From: Bryobacterales bacterium
GTDB taxonomy: Bacteria > Acidobacteriota > Terriglobia > Bryobacterales > UBA6623
Assembly (NCBI GenBank): GCA_963422305.1
Contig: OY729422.1
Location: 4,185,289-4,249,288 of the forward strand
Direction: 5' to 3'
DNA: 64,000 nucleotides
A program made the position numbers and the translations under genes. This document shows, piece by piece, positions 17,482 through 27,232 of this stretch; within the stretch, counting starts at the first letter, position 1; every line of letters begins with the position of its first letter. The notes under the pieces are model-generated. The model did not search any database, was not told the DNA's origin, and saw nothing but the letters and a program-made list of their open reading frames with translations.

Positions 17482-18504
17482 ATGGACAAAGCACAGCGCG
17501 AACGCTACTCCCGCCAGTCGATTCTGCCCGAGATCGGTGTCGAGGGACAGCGACGGCTGCTTGCGTCTCGCGCGGTCGTGGTCGGCTGCGGCGCTCTGGG
17601 GACCGTTCATGCAACACTGCTTGCCCGTGCCGGTGTCGGCGAAATCGTCCTCATCGACCGCGATTACGTGGAAACGAGCAACCTGCAGCGCCAGTGGCTG
17701 TTCGAGGAATCGGACGTCGAACTGGCGATGCCCAAGGCCGCGGCCGCGGCGGAACGCCTCCGAAAAGCGAATTCATCGTGCCGGATTCACACGGAAATCA
17801 AGGATATGACACCGCAAAACGCCGAAGCTCTGTTGACGCCGGCGGACGTCATCCTCGACGGCGCCGATAATTTCGCGGCCCGCTATCTGATCAATGACGT
17901 GGCCGTCAAAACAAAAACCCCCTGGATTTACGGAGCGGCCGTCGGCACGCGCGGCTCGCTGATGCCGGTCGTGCCGGGGGAAACGGCCTGCCTAGCGTGC
18001 ATCTTCCCGGAAGCTCCGCGCTCGCGGCAACCGACATGCGAAACATCCGGGGTGCTCAACGCCGTAACGGCGTCGATCGCTTCGATGCAGGTCTGCGAAG
18101 CGTTGAAAATCCTTTGCGGGCGACCTGAAGCGCTGCGCCGCCGTCTGATTACGACCGACATATGGAGCGGCGAGACCGGCTCCATCGGCGCGAGTCGGCC
18201 CGACCCCGACTGCCCGACATGCGGCCGCTGCGATTTCAAGTATCTGAACGACCTCAGCCGCGCTTCTGCGAGTCTCTGCGGACGCGACGGCGTCCAAATC
18301 GCCGGCAGCGGCCGTGCGCTCGACCTCTGTGGATTGGCCGCGTCGCTCGCTTCTCTGGGCAAAGTCCAATCCAACCCCTATGCCCTGCGATTCGCTTGTC
18401 CGCCGCACGAGTTGACGCTCTTCCCGGACGGCCGCGCGATCGTCAAGGGTACGCGGGAACCGGCCGTTGCCCGCAGCCTCTACGCGCGTTACGTGGGGAG
18501 TTAA
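17482..18504 (+). CDS. thiF: ThiF-type adenylyltransferase (E1-like), Bacillus ThiF architecture
   Basis: RYSRQ, VVGCGALG, DRDYVETSNLQRQ, MPKAAAAAERL, CLAC and CPTCG pairs. The C-terminal ...LFPDGRAIVKGTREPAVARSLYARYVG is colinear with B. subtilis ThiF as I recall it. The ORF part 17122-17481 overlaps the dehydratase gene and is not used. Confidence 0.7.
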   Translation: MDKAQRERYSRQSILPEIGVEGQRRLLASRAVVVGCGALGTVHATLLARAGVGEIVLIDRDYVETSNLQRQWLFEESDVELAMPKAAAAAERLRKANSSCRIHTEIKDMTPQNAEALLTPADVILDGADNFAARYLINDVAVKTKTPWIYGAAVGTRGSLMPVVPGETACLACIFPEAPRSRQPTCETSGVLNAVTASIASMQVCEALKILCGRPEALRRRLITTDIWSGETGSIGASRPDPDCPTCGRCDFKYLNDLSRASASLCGRDGVQIAGSGRALDLCGLAASLASLGKVQSNPYALRFACPPHELTLFPDGRAIVKGTREPAVARSLYARYVGS

Positions 18505-18909
18505 TCCCCGCCTGGCGAGTCGATCCGCGGTCCCGCAGTACGGTTACCATACCTGCGCCCGCTTGCCGGATGTGCTTCGAAAGACCGTTCATGCGCTTGC
18601 CGAAACGCTCGAAATCCTTCGCCAGAAGCCGCAAGTGTTCCTGAATCTTCACGACTTCTTTCCGCGTGGCCGCATCCTTCATCACCGCGCGGGCGGTTGT
18701 CAGTACGGCCATTAGAGTCGACGGCGACGTCAGCCAGACGCGAAGCCGCTGCGCCTGCCTTGTTCATCGAGCCGGACGTTGATCCCGGCCAACGCCTGTT
18801 CGGATTGCCTGCGGCTGTTTCGTGAGTTGACAGCCGCAACAATCTGCAGAACAAGAACCGCCGACGCCAGAACAAACGCAGCGAGCAGCGCCACTTCCAA
18901 AAAATTCAT
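18505..18909 (-). pseudogene. Possible heavily truncated rmuC-like remnant
   Basis: ATG 18909 opens a 59-codon frame (MNFLEVALLAAFVLASAVLVLQIV.. TM helix plus coiled coil) ending at 18730. A second frame gives ..KEVVKIQEHLRLLAKDFERFGKRMNGLSKHIRQA. Both resemble RmuC segments from memory. The total length is far short of a full RmuC. Confidence 0.3.
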
Positions 18910-18969
18910 CTATGAAAGATATCGCAAAAACCGAGTAAGAGCGGAAAGGGCTGCCCGCTGCAGCGGAGA

Positions 18970-20784
18970 TCACAACCGCTTGGCGTAGATAAAGAATGCG
19001 CCGCGCGAGCCGCCGTCTTTTGTCGTGAAGCGGCTGTGCATTTTCGTTTCTCCGGCCGGCAATTCCAAGCGGAAATTTACGCTTGCAGCCCCCGCCGGAA
19101 CCGGCCCGCTTGCTTCCGCATCTCCCACGCGCAGATAGGCTTCGATCGCCTCGATCGGATACTGCGCAGGCATGTCTCTCTGATAAAGAGTGAACTCGTA
19201 CTCGCCGGCTTGCGTAACGTTGATGTTCCAAGTTCCGTTGACGTTCGGCGCGGCGCGGACATGGCCCTGGTTCCAGGGAACCCTGTTCTGCTGATCTCGC
19301 GGCGGCAGCCAGTCATGAGCCGTTATCCGCGCCGGATTCTCCGCGTCGTTGCCGATGTCCAGATAAACGTCGTCCTCGAAGCGCTCGTCGATGCGCTCCC
19401 ACCATGCCTCGTACTCGGCCTTCAGCTTCGTCATGACTTCCGGGCGATCACCGGCGATATCGGCGATCTGGCCGGGGTCGGCCTGGATGTCATAGAGCTC
19501 GACGCCGTTGATCAACCGGTACTGCTCAGTCATCACGGCGCTCTTGCGCCATTTTTCAGGGAACAGAATCCGCTGGGAGTGGACTGTGAGAATGCGTTCG
19601 GGCCAATCCCCGCCGCGAAGCAGCGGGAGCAGGCTTCTGCCGTCCCAGTCGAGTGATGGCCGGGGCGCGGCGCCGGCGGCGTCCGCCAATGTCGGCAACA
19701 CGTCGATATGGGCAGCCAGGGCGTCCACGTTGCGCGGCGCGCCGAGGTTACCGTTGGACCAGCGTATGAAAAACGGCACGCGGTGGCCGCCGTCGTATTC
19801 CGATCCCTTTTTTCCCCGCATGCCGGCATTGAAGCCCTGCCAGACGCCGTCCTCGACTTCTTGCGCCGCCCGGGCGAGCAACTCGGGGCTTTCGACGCCG
19901 ACCCGCTGCGTCGGATGCGTATTGGTTACCCCGGCCGCCGAGCCGTTGTCCGTCATGAAGATCAGCAGCGTGTTCTCGGCGATGCCGAGCTCGTCGAGCT
20001 TCGCTGTCAGCCGCCCCATGTTTTCGTCGATGTTCTCAATCATGCCGTAAAACCGGTCCATCGGTTGCGGAACGTTCTTGTCGACATACGGCTTGGAATA
20101 TTTCTCGTCGACAAGAAACGGTCCGTGCGGAGCGTTGGTCGCAAGGTAAACGAAGAAAGGACCATGCTTTTTCTCTTCGATGAAGCGCAGCGCGTTCTCG
20201 AAGAAAACATCGGTGCAGTAGCCCTCGTACGAGGTCGGAACTCCATTGCGCCAGTAGGTATCGTCGAAGTAATCGTTACCCCAGTAGTCGGGCGTCTGCG
20301 TCACGCCTCCCCCGCCGTGGTTGACCGCCTCGTGAAATCCGCGGTCGATCGGCCTGTACGGGGAGTTGTCGCCCAAATGCCACTTGCCGAAGAAACCGGT
20401 GGCATATCCTGCATCGGCCAACACCTCGCTGATCATGACTTCGTCTCGGTGGACAATGGATCGGCCCATGATCGTATGCCAGACACCCGTTCTGGAAGAA
20501 TAGCGTCCGGTAAGCAGCGCGGAGCGCGTGGGTGAGCACGTCGGATCCACATGAAAATCCGTGAAGCGCACGCTTTCGTCGTGCAGGCGGTCGAGATTCG
20601 GCGTCTGAATGACAGAGTTGCCGTGCGCTCCGATCTCGCCGTAGCCCTGATCGTCTGTCATCACCAAAACGATGTTCGGCGACGGGTCCGCTTGGCGTCC
20701 GTCGCCGCAAGCAGCCGGCAACGCCGCCGCCACGGCGGCGACCGACGCAAAAACCCTGTGTCTGGTAAACGAACGTTGCATCAT
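18970..20784 (-). CDS. Arylsulfatase (formylglycine-dependent, Cys-type)
   Basis: NIVLVMTDDQGYGE and the FGly motif CSPTRSALLTGR. GKWHLG and MTDNG are present. C-terminal extra domain. Confidence 0.9.
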   Translation of the reverse strand: MMQRSFTRHRVFASVAAVAAALPAACGDGRQADPSPNIVLVMTDDQGYGEIGAHGNSVIQTPNLDRLHDESVRFTDFHVDPTCSPTRSALLTGRYSSRTGVWHTIMGRSIVHRDEVMISEVLADAGYATGFFGKWHLGDNSPYRPIDRGFHEAVNHGGGGVTQTPDYWGNDYFDDTYWRNGVPTSYEGYCTDVFFENALRFIEEKKHGPFFVYLATNAPHGPFLVDEKYSKPYVDKNVPQPMDRFYGMIENIDENMGRLTAKLDELGIAENTLLIFMTDNGSAAGVTNTHPTQRVGVESPELLARAAQEVEDGVWQGFNAGMRGKKGSEYDGGHRVPFFIRWSNGNLGAPRNVDALAAHIDVLPTLADAAGAAPRPSLDWDGRSLLPLLRGGDWPERILTVHSQRILFPEKWRKSAVMTEQYRLINGVELYDIQADPGQIADIAGDRPEVMTKLKAEYEAWWERIDERFEDDVYLDIGNDAENPARITAHDWLPPRDQQNRVPWNQGHVRAAPNVNGTWNINVTQAGEYEFTLYQRDMPAQYPIEAIEAYLRVGDAEASGPVPAGAASVNFRLELPAGETKMHSRFTTKDGGSRGAFFIYAKRL

Positions 20785-20886
20785 ACGGTATGCTCCAGCA
20801 TTTCAATGGCATGAAGATAGCACACCCGGACGCTTTCGCTTCCGCGGATGCGCATTAACCTTGAGATGACATGGGCGCCGGTTTGC

Positions 20887-20949
20887 ATCTTGCCGCTTCA
20901 CGCAGCAGTCTTGTTGTCCTGCGCAGCGATCTTGCCGTTCTGCGCAGTG
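20887..20949. repeat. Three imperfect tandem copies of a 21-nt unit upstream of the sulfatase gene
   Basis: atcttgccgcttcacgcagca / gtcttgttgtcctgcgcagcg / atcttgccgttctgcgcagtg. The 'tctt' phase recurs at 20888, 20909 and 20930. Confidence 0.7.
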
Positions 20950-20966
20950 GTTCCGTCTCCAGCCGG

Positions 20967-21113
20967 TCGGCATTTCTGTCTCTCCTCGAAAGCGAGGGAG
21001 CCACGAACCTTTTCGGCAATCCCGGTACGACCGAGCTGCCGAATTTGCAAATGGCGGTCCGAATCTCATCGAAGTCGTCGTCGCAGGCAGCGTGGGATAG
21101 GGATACCAAATGA
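20967..21113 (+). pseudogene. Possible N-terminal remnant of a thiamine-diphosphate enzyme (benzoylformate decarboxylase-like)
   Basis: The frame reads SAFLSLLESEGATNLFGNPGTTELPNLQ, close to the ..LL...G....FGNPG..ELP.L.. start of BFD-type ThDP enzymes. Homology is lost within about 20 codons and the ORF stops at 21113. Confidence 0.3.
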
Positions 21114-21148
21114 TCTTGCCCCACCGTGCAAGCGAACCGCCCCCTGCA

Positions 21149-22459
21149 TTAGCGGGCCGGCGGGGGAGCGTACTTTTTTCGCACTAGAAAGATGTAGCTT
21201 GCCAATCCAAGCGCCAGCCAGCACGCCGCCACCTGAATCGGCGCATCGAAGCTACCTGTGCGATCCACCAGCCAACCGGTAATCCATGGAGAAACCGCTC
21301 CCGCAAAATTCGAAGCCGTGTTCTGAATGCCTACTACAGTGGCGATCTTCCCACCGGGAATCAACGTCTGCGTCAAGGCCCAGTAGTTCGCCGTCATCAG
21401 TCCCAGTCCGCATAACGAGAATACGGTAAAAAACAGCATCGCCGATACGGAATCCGTATAAGCTGCGATCGTCTGTGTTGCAGCCAGAACGAGACCGGCA
21501 ATCGTAAAGCCCTTGCGGACGTTGACCGCGTCGAATCCACGGCGGATCAACAGGTCCGCCGCCCGCCCCGCCGCCACGATGACGATCGCCATACCGCCGA
21601 AAGCGACCGCGCTGTACCAGCCCTGCTCCTTGATCGACATGCCGTGCTGCTGCTTAAAGTAAGTCGGCATCCACGTCATGCAGTAGTAAACGAAGTACAT
21701 GTAGCAGAAGGCGCCCAGCACCGTGCCCCAGATTACCGGGCTGCGAAGAAGCTCACCCGTCGGAACCGCCCTTCCCTCGGCGCCGGTTAGGACGTCTGAA
21801 GGCCGGGCGGCCGGGTCATCGCGTCTGACTCGGATCAAGAACGGAACGAGCCACGGCAGCGACCCGAGTCCCAACACGGCAAACATGCCGCGCCAACCGA
21901 ACGCTTCGAGCAAATAGGCTGAAATCACGAACCCCGCGGCCGGGCCAACCTTGGTGCCCGACATATAGGCGCCCACCGCCGTTCCCCGCTGTTCTTCGGG
22001 GAAGCTCAGTCGTATGTAACGCAGCCCCGCCGGAGTCAGAATCGACTGCCCGAGCCCAAGCAGCAGCCGAAGCCCGACCAGCATCGCGAACCCCGTCGCC
22101 AACGCCGTCAAGGCACTGGCGCAGCACCAGATCACGAACCCGGCCGAAAAGACGAAGCGCACTCCCCAACGGTCGGCCGCGTAGCCCGCCGGGACTTGCA
22201 GTATGAAGTAAATCCAGAAAAACGCGGCGCTTGCCTGACCGAGTTGCGTCGCGGTCCAGTCGAACTCCTCCGACATCAGCGGCATCGCGGAGGAAAGATT
22301 CACGCGATGGATATAGCCGATGACCATCGCGAGGAACAGCAACAGCACGACTCCCCAAGGCCGCCTGCCGTCGGATGTCTTGCGAGTGAAACTCTGGGCG
22401 GTCAAGTCATTCCTGCAGCTCAACACCGCGGCGCAGTTTGAATCTGGAACCTCGTCCAA
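21149..22459 (-). CDS. MFS transporter (ACS/sugar-acid type)
   Basis: 436-aa ORF with about 12 TM segments and IGYIHRVNLSSAMPLM, PAGYAADRWG motifs. Confidence 0.85.
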   Translation of the reverse strand: MDEVPDSNCAAVLSCRNDLTAQSFTRKTSDGRRPWGVVLLLFLAMVIGYIHRVNLSSAMPLMSEEFDWTATQLGQASAAFFWIYFILQVPAGYAADRWGVRFVFSAGFVIWCCASALTALATGFAMLVGLRLLLGLGQSILTPAGLRYIRLSFPEEQRGTAVGAYMSGTKVGPAAGFVISAYLLEAFGWRGMFAVLGLGSLPWLVPFLIRVRRDDPAARPSDVLTGAEGRAVPTGELLRSPVIWGTVLGAFCYMYFVYYCMTWMPTYFKQQHGMSIKEQGWYSAVAFGGMAIVIVAAGRAADLLIRRGFDAVNVRKGFTIAGLVLAATQTIAAYTDSVSAMLFFTVFSLCGLGLMTANYWALTQTLIPGGKIATVVGIQNTASNFAGAVSPWITGWLVDRTGSFDAPIQVAACWLALGLASYIFLVRKKYAPPPAR

Positions 22460-22658
22460 GAACAGTTTCCCTGCGCCACACAGATCTGTCGATCTCCGGC
22501 GGATGCGCTACGCCGACTTCTGCAACCAACAACTGTACGCCACCTCCAGCGTCGTCCAAACCGGCTGCAAAACATTATCGCCACACGCTTCAAACGCCCC
22601 GCTATGCGCACCGGTCTGTCCACGACACCAACTCTTCAATCCTTGCCCTGCGCTGCTG

Positions 22659-24413
22659 CTACCTCAGTGGTCGCTGCGAAGATTTCCGGGAACGACGTTC
22701 AGCCAAGCCTCGATACTCTCCTATAAAAATTTGCCCTACGTGCGGAACGCTCATCCGAGGCAGTTCGATACGGGTGAATTCCAAGCCTTCGAGGGATGCG
22801 AACCTTAAGCCAGGGCTTGAAATCGAGGTAATCCGGTTCGCGGCGATTAGATTCTTTTCGTCTTTCAACAACTCCTTGGCTTTGGGGAGCAGCTTGACCG
22901 CCTGTTGCACATCGGGATCCAACTCGTAATAAACACGCTGCCCTTCTTCAATGTCGTAGGCCGAATTATAGACTTCGCGCTTGATGAAACGCTTGATGAA
23001 ATCGATGTTCTCGATGAAATCAGCTTGGTCGTATTCGATTTTTTCGCGATTCAGGAACAGTCGGAACTCTTCCACAACGTCGTCGGTCACGTCCCAGCCC
23101 TGCGGCAGATCGGAATGCTCGCGGGTATAGTCTTGCGCGAAAGTGCTGATTACGAATTGCCGGACGAGCATCCACTGAAAGTCGTTCGGCCGTCGTTCCT
23201 CGAACGTGACGTCAGGCGTGATGCCGCCGCCGGCGAAGACCCTCCGGCCCTTGTCGGTCAAGCGGACTTCTTCCTGATTCGGCTGATATCCCTCACTGCA
23301 GGGGTTGCTATAGTAGTCGATCATTGAGACGCCGTCGTAGCGGCGCTGGATAAGGCGGCCGCTGGGCGTGTAATAGCGCGCCGTGGTGAGCGCCAGACCC
23401 GATGTTTCCGAAAGCGGATAGACAGTCTGCACCAGACCCTTGCCGAATGTGCTGTGGCCCACGACGAGTGCGCGGTCGTGATCTTGCATGGCTCCGGCGA
23501 CGATTTCCGAAGCCGAGGCGGAATTGCAGTTGACCATCACCACCATCGGAAATTTCTTGCCGTCATTGCCCTTGCGCACCGTATAGCTGCGCTCTTGGGA
23601 AGCGCGTCCGTGGTGCGACACGATCGTCTGGCCTTTTTCCAGGAAGCGGTCCGAAACCCGGACGCCCTCGCTGAGCAAGCCGCCACGGTTTTCCCGCATG
23701 TCAAGGATGATGCCTTTCAAATTCACGAAGTCGAACTTCTCCAACGCTTTATCGAGCTCGCGGCCGGTGTTTTCGTTGAAGGTGTCGATCCTGATAAAAC
23801 CAACTCCCGGCTCGATCTGGAATGCCGTCGGAACGCTGGGCCTGGGTATCTCGGCTCGGACCACGGTGAACTCGATCATCTCATCGAGGCCGCGGCGCTC
23901 GATTCCAATCAGCACCTCGGTATCGACCGGTCCGCGGAGACGGTCGGCAACCTCGCCGACCGTCAGGTCTTCCACGTTGTGTTTATCGACTTCGACAATG
24001 ACATCGCCGGGGCGCAAACCGGCTCGATAGGCCGGGGTGCGCGGGAAGGGCGCGATGACGACGGTCCCGCCGTCGCGGTTGCCGATTTGCATGCCGACGC
24101 CCGCGTAGCGTCCCTTTTGGTCGTCTCGGAGCTGCTTGAAAGCATCGGGATCGAAGAACGATGAATGCGGATCGAGAACGCGCAGCATCTGCGGAATCGC
24201 GCCGTGATAAATGGCCTTGTCGGACTCGACCTCACTCGCGTAGTTATCTTCGATTGTCGCCAGAACCTTTGCAAATTTGCGCAAATTTTCGTCGATCTGA
24301 TCGCCGTCCGCCTGCGAAGCGGCTCGCACGCCGGCACCTCCAAGCACAACGACAAGAGCGCATACCAAAATGAAAAAGCATCCGAGCCAGAGCCGACGTC
24401 CGTTTGTTTTCAT
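22659..24413 (-). CDS. S41 family C-terminal processing peptidase
   Basis: N-terminal TM segment, PDZ region (AGLRPGDVIVEVD) and catalytic block NCNSASASEIVAGAMQDHDRALVVGHSTFGKGLVQ. Confidence 0.9.
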   Translation of the reverse strand: MKTNGRRLWLGCFFILVCALVVVLGGAGVRAASQADGDQIDENLRKFAKVLATIEDNYASEVESDKAIYHGAIPQMLRVLDPHSSFFDPDAFKQLRDDQKGRYAGVGMQIGNRDGGTVVIAPFPRTPAYRAGLRPGDVIVEVDKHNVEDLTVGEVADRLRGPVDTEVLIGIERRGLDEMIEFTVVRAEIPRPSVPTAFQIEPGVGFIRIDTFNENTGRELDKALEKFDFVNLKGIILDMRENRGGLLSEGVRVSDRFLEKGQTIVSHHGRASQERSYTVRKGNDGKKFPMVVMVNCNSASASEIVAGAMQDHDRALVVGHSTFGKGLVQTVYPLSETSGLALTTARYYTPSGRLIQRRYDGVSMIDYYSNPCSEGYQPNQEEVRLTDKGRRVFAGGGITPDVTFEERRPNDFQWMLVRQFVISTFAQDYTREHSDLPQGWDVTDDVVEEFRLFLNREKIEYDQADFIENIDFIKRFIKREVYNSAYDIEEGQRVYYELDPDVQQAVKLLPKAKELLKDEKNLIAANRITSISSPGLRFASLEGLEFTRIELPRMSVPHVGQIFIGEYRGLAERRSRKSSQRPLR

Positions 24414-24558
24414 AGGTGGGCGCCCAACTGTCCGGGCGCTATCAGTATAGCAGCACGGCGGGGCCGCTTACCCGGCCGGTGAGTAGTGAATAGCAAGATC
24501 GCCGCGCGGGGCGCGCCGCCGGCGGGGGCTGCGCTATAATAAAGTTTAGAAAGCTGTT

Positions 24559-25014
24559 ATGAACAAACAGGTGAAGTTCGTCATCATCATCGCCGCGATC
24601 GTAGTCACGCTGGCGTGGATGGGGGTAAGCGGCATCGAGCAGAGCGCCACTTATTACGTCACCATCGAAGAGCTTTTCGCCATGGACAACGCGGCGGCCA
24701 AGCGCATCCGCGTCGGCGGCGACGTTGCGGTCGGCTCGATCATGCGCGGCGTGCGCGACGTGCAATTCACAATCACGCAACAAGACGAAACCATGCCGGA
24801 ACCGAAGTCGCTGGATGTCGTTTACACCGGCGACGACCCTTTGCCCGACACTTTCCGTGACCGTGCGCAGGCTCTTTGCGACGGGCGTCTGCGGGCCGAC
24901 GGCAAATTCGAGGCGAAGAGAATTCAGGCCAAGTGCGCTTCGAAATACGAAGCGCAACCAGGGCAGGAAGCAGCCCCCGTTTACGAGTCCGCACCTACGA
25001 CGGCTTCCGATTGA
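24559..25014 (+). CDS. ccmE: Cytochrome c maturation heme chaperone CcmE, CxxxY variant
   Basis: N-terminal anchor and OB-fold-like core (IRVGGDVAVGSI, LDVVYTGDDPLPDTFRD). The C-terminal AKCASKY (codons 126-130, nt 24934-24948) sits where canonical CcmE has HxxxY. Confidence 0.85.
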   Translation: MNKQVKFVIIIAAIVVTLAWMGVSGIEQSATYYVTIEELFAMDNAAAKRIRVGGDVAVGSIMRGVRDVQFTITQQDETMPEPKSLDVVYTGDDPLPDTFRDRAQALCDGRLRADGKFEAKRIQAKCASKYEAQPGQEAAPVYESAPTTASD

Positions 25015-25207
25015 CCGTGTCGCGAGCCGCTTGCGCGACCGATGAATAGTGGCTGGACGGCAACCGGACAGGCCGCGGGCAACGGTTGAGCGATCCACGT
25101 CCGGGCGCTCGATCTACCGGGACGGCAAGGCGCCAGCAGAAGCCTGCCGCACATCCCACGGGGCTTTCGCCAAGGAATGCTAAACTATAGTCGCTAGTCG
25201 CCCCCTC

Positions 25208-27232
25208 ATGGAAAATCTCGGATACCTTGCGGTTCTGCTCGGCTTCCTCGTGTCCGCGTACGCGGTCATTGCCTCGCTGGCCGGACGGCTTCGCAACAAC
25301 GCGTTTCTGGAGGCAAGCGCGCAACGCGCGGTGCTGAGTGCTTGGCTGCTGGTCACCGCGGCCTCCGGCATTTTGCTCTATGCCATCCTGACGGACGATT
25401 TTCGTCTCAGCTACGTCGCATCGCGGTCGAATGCCGATCTGGATCTGATCTATAAGTTCGCCGCGTGGTGGGGCGGCCAGGAAGGATCGTTGCTGTTCTG
25501 GAGCTGGATCGCAGCGACATATACTTTCGTCGCGGTCCATACGGGACGCAAGCGCCACCGCAACATGATTGCGTATGTCGTTGCAATCATGGCCGGGACG
25601 CAGGCGTTCTTTTTGGGGCTCGTCGCTTTCACGGCAAATCCATTCGCGGTAATTATGTCCGGACCGCAAATCACCGCGATGCCCGACGGCAACGGATTGA
25701 ATCCGCTGCTGCAGCATCCGATGATGGCGATCCACCCTCCGATGCTCTATCTGGGTTACGTCGGGTTCACGGTGCCGTTCGCGTTCGCGCTGGCCTCGCT
25801 GATCACCCGGCAGCCGGGCGAGCGCTGGATTCACACCACGCGCATCTGGACGATGGTGACCTGGTTGTTTCAGGGCATCGGGATTTTGCTCGGCGCCCGT
25901 TGGGCTTACGTTGTTCTCGGATGGGGCGGCTATTGGGGTTGGGATCCGGTCGAAAATGCCTCGCTGCTACCTTGGATCACGGGAACCGCCTTTCTCCATT
26001 CGGTGATGATGCAAGAAAAGAAAGGCATGATGAAGGTCTGGAACATCGTGCTGATTTCGACGACCTTCTTTCTCTGCATTTTCGGCACGATGATGACGCG
26101 GGGTGGGCTGGTGAGCTCCGTCCACGCTTTCGCGGAATCAGAAATCGGAATCTATTTCGTCTGGTACCTGCTCCTCGGTATCGGCATCACGACATACTTG
26201 ATCCTGAGCCGGCTTGACTATCTCAAGAGCGAGGCGCAACTCGATTCGGTCGTTTCCCGCGAGTCGAGCTTCCTATTTAATAACGTCATCCTGCTGGCGA
26301 GTTGCTTCGCGGTGTTGTGGGGCACTCTGTTCCCCGTCATCAGCGAATACGTATCCGGAGACAAGATTACGGTCGGCGCGCCGTTCTTCAACAAGGTCAA
26401 TATCCCAATCGGGCTGTTCCTGCTGTTTCTGACAGGCGTCGGGCCGCTGTTTGCCTGGAGGCGGACATCGACGGAGTCCCTACGCCGGAACTTCCAGCGG
26501 CCCGCGTTGGCGTCGTTGGCGTTAGGCGCGGTGTTGTTCGGAATGGGTATCCGGCACTTCTATGCCCTGGTGTGCTTTACACTATGCGCGTTCGTCGCGA
26601 TCACAATCGCGGTCGAGTTCTACCGCGGCGCCCGCGTCATTCAGGCGAGGCACGGTTTGGCGTTCGTGCCCGCTGTATTCGATCTCACGCACCGCAATAC
26701 ACGGCGGTACGGAGGCTATCTAGTACATATGGCTATCGTGCTGATGTTCATCGGATTTTCCGGCGCCGCGTTCAACCTTGTCCAACAGCAGGAACTCGCG
26801 GTCGGCGACTCGCTGACAGTCGGTAATTACGAGTTCACGTTGACGGGGGTCACGGAAGACGATAACGCGAATTACTACAGAGCCGTTGCCAAAGTCGATG
26901 CCGTTAAAAACGGCGAGTTCCTGCAAACGATGTTGCCGGAACGGCGGTTCTACCACGCTTCGGAACAGCCGACCAGCCGTGTCGACGTGCGCTATCGGCT
27001 GCGCGAAGACGTTTACGTTGTCTATGCCGGGCAATCGAATGACGGGGAAAACCCGATCATTCAGGTCTATATCAATCCGCTCGTGAACTGGATCTGGATC
27101 GGGGCGTTTCTGCTCGTGTTCGGGACTCTGGTGGCGCTCGTTCCCAGCAAAGTCAAACGTTCATACGCCCGCACACGCATCATCGGAACGGCGGAGCCCA
27201 AGGAGAAACCGGTTGCTGCGGCGAACACCTAG
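25208..27232 (+). CDS. ccmF: Cytochrome c-type biogenesis protein CcmF
   Basis: 674-aa polytopic protein with the WWD signature WGGYWGWDPVENASLLPW. Confidence 0.9.
   Translation: MENLGYLAVLLGFLVSAYAVIASLAGRLRNNAFLEASAQRAVLSAWLLVTAASGILLYAILTDDFRLSYVASRSNADLDLIYKFAAWWGGQEGSLLFWSWIAATYTFVAVHTGRKRHRNMIAYVVAIMAGTQAFFLGLVAFTANPFAVIMSGPQITAMPDGNGLNPLLQHPMMAIHPPMLYLGYVGFTVPFAFALASLITRQPGERWIHTTRIWTMVTWLFQGIGILLGARWAYVVLGWGGYWGWDPVENASLLPWITGTAFLHSVMMQEKKGMMKVWNIVLISTTFFLCIFGTMMTRGGLVSSVHAFAESEIGIYFVWYLLLGIGITTYLILSRLDYLKSEAQLDSVVSRESSFLFNNVILLASCFAVLWGTLFPVISEYVSGDKITVGAPFFNKVNIPIGLFLLFLTGVGPLFAWRRTSTESLRRNFQRPALASLALGAVLFGMGIRHFYALVCFTLCAFVAITIAVEFYRGARVIQARHGLAFVPAVFDLTHRNTRRYGGYLVHMAIVLMFIGFSGAAFNLVQQQELAVGDSLTVGNYEFTLTGVTEDDNANYYRAVAKVDAVKNGEFLQTMLPERRFYHASEQPTSRVDVRYRLREDVYVVYAGQSNDGENPIIQVYINPLVNWIWIGAFLLVFGTLVALVPSKVKRSYARTRIIGTAEPKEKPVAAANT

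Noticed and set aside
24535-24540. Perfect TATAAT hexamer 19 nt upstream of the ccmE ATG
   Set aside because: There is no acceptable -35 or extended -10 element at the correct spacing, and it leaves a very short leader. It is kept only as a possibility.
24995-25834. 279-aa minus-strand ORF opposite ccmF; similar cases at 36947..38047, 51973..52890, 57102..58067 and 61500..62399
   Set aside because: These are shadow ORFs opposite well-supported genes (CcmF, VWA protein, FAH, TBDR, FG-GAP protein).
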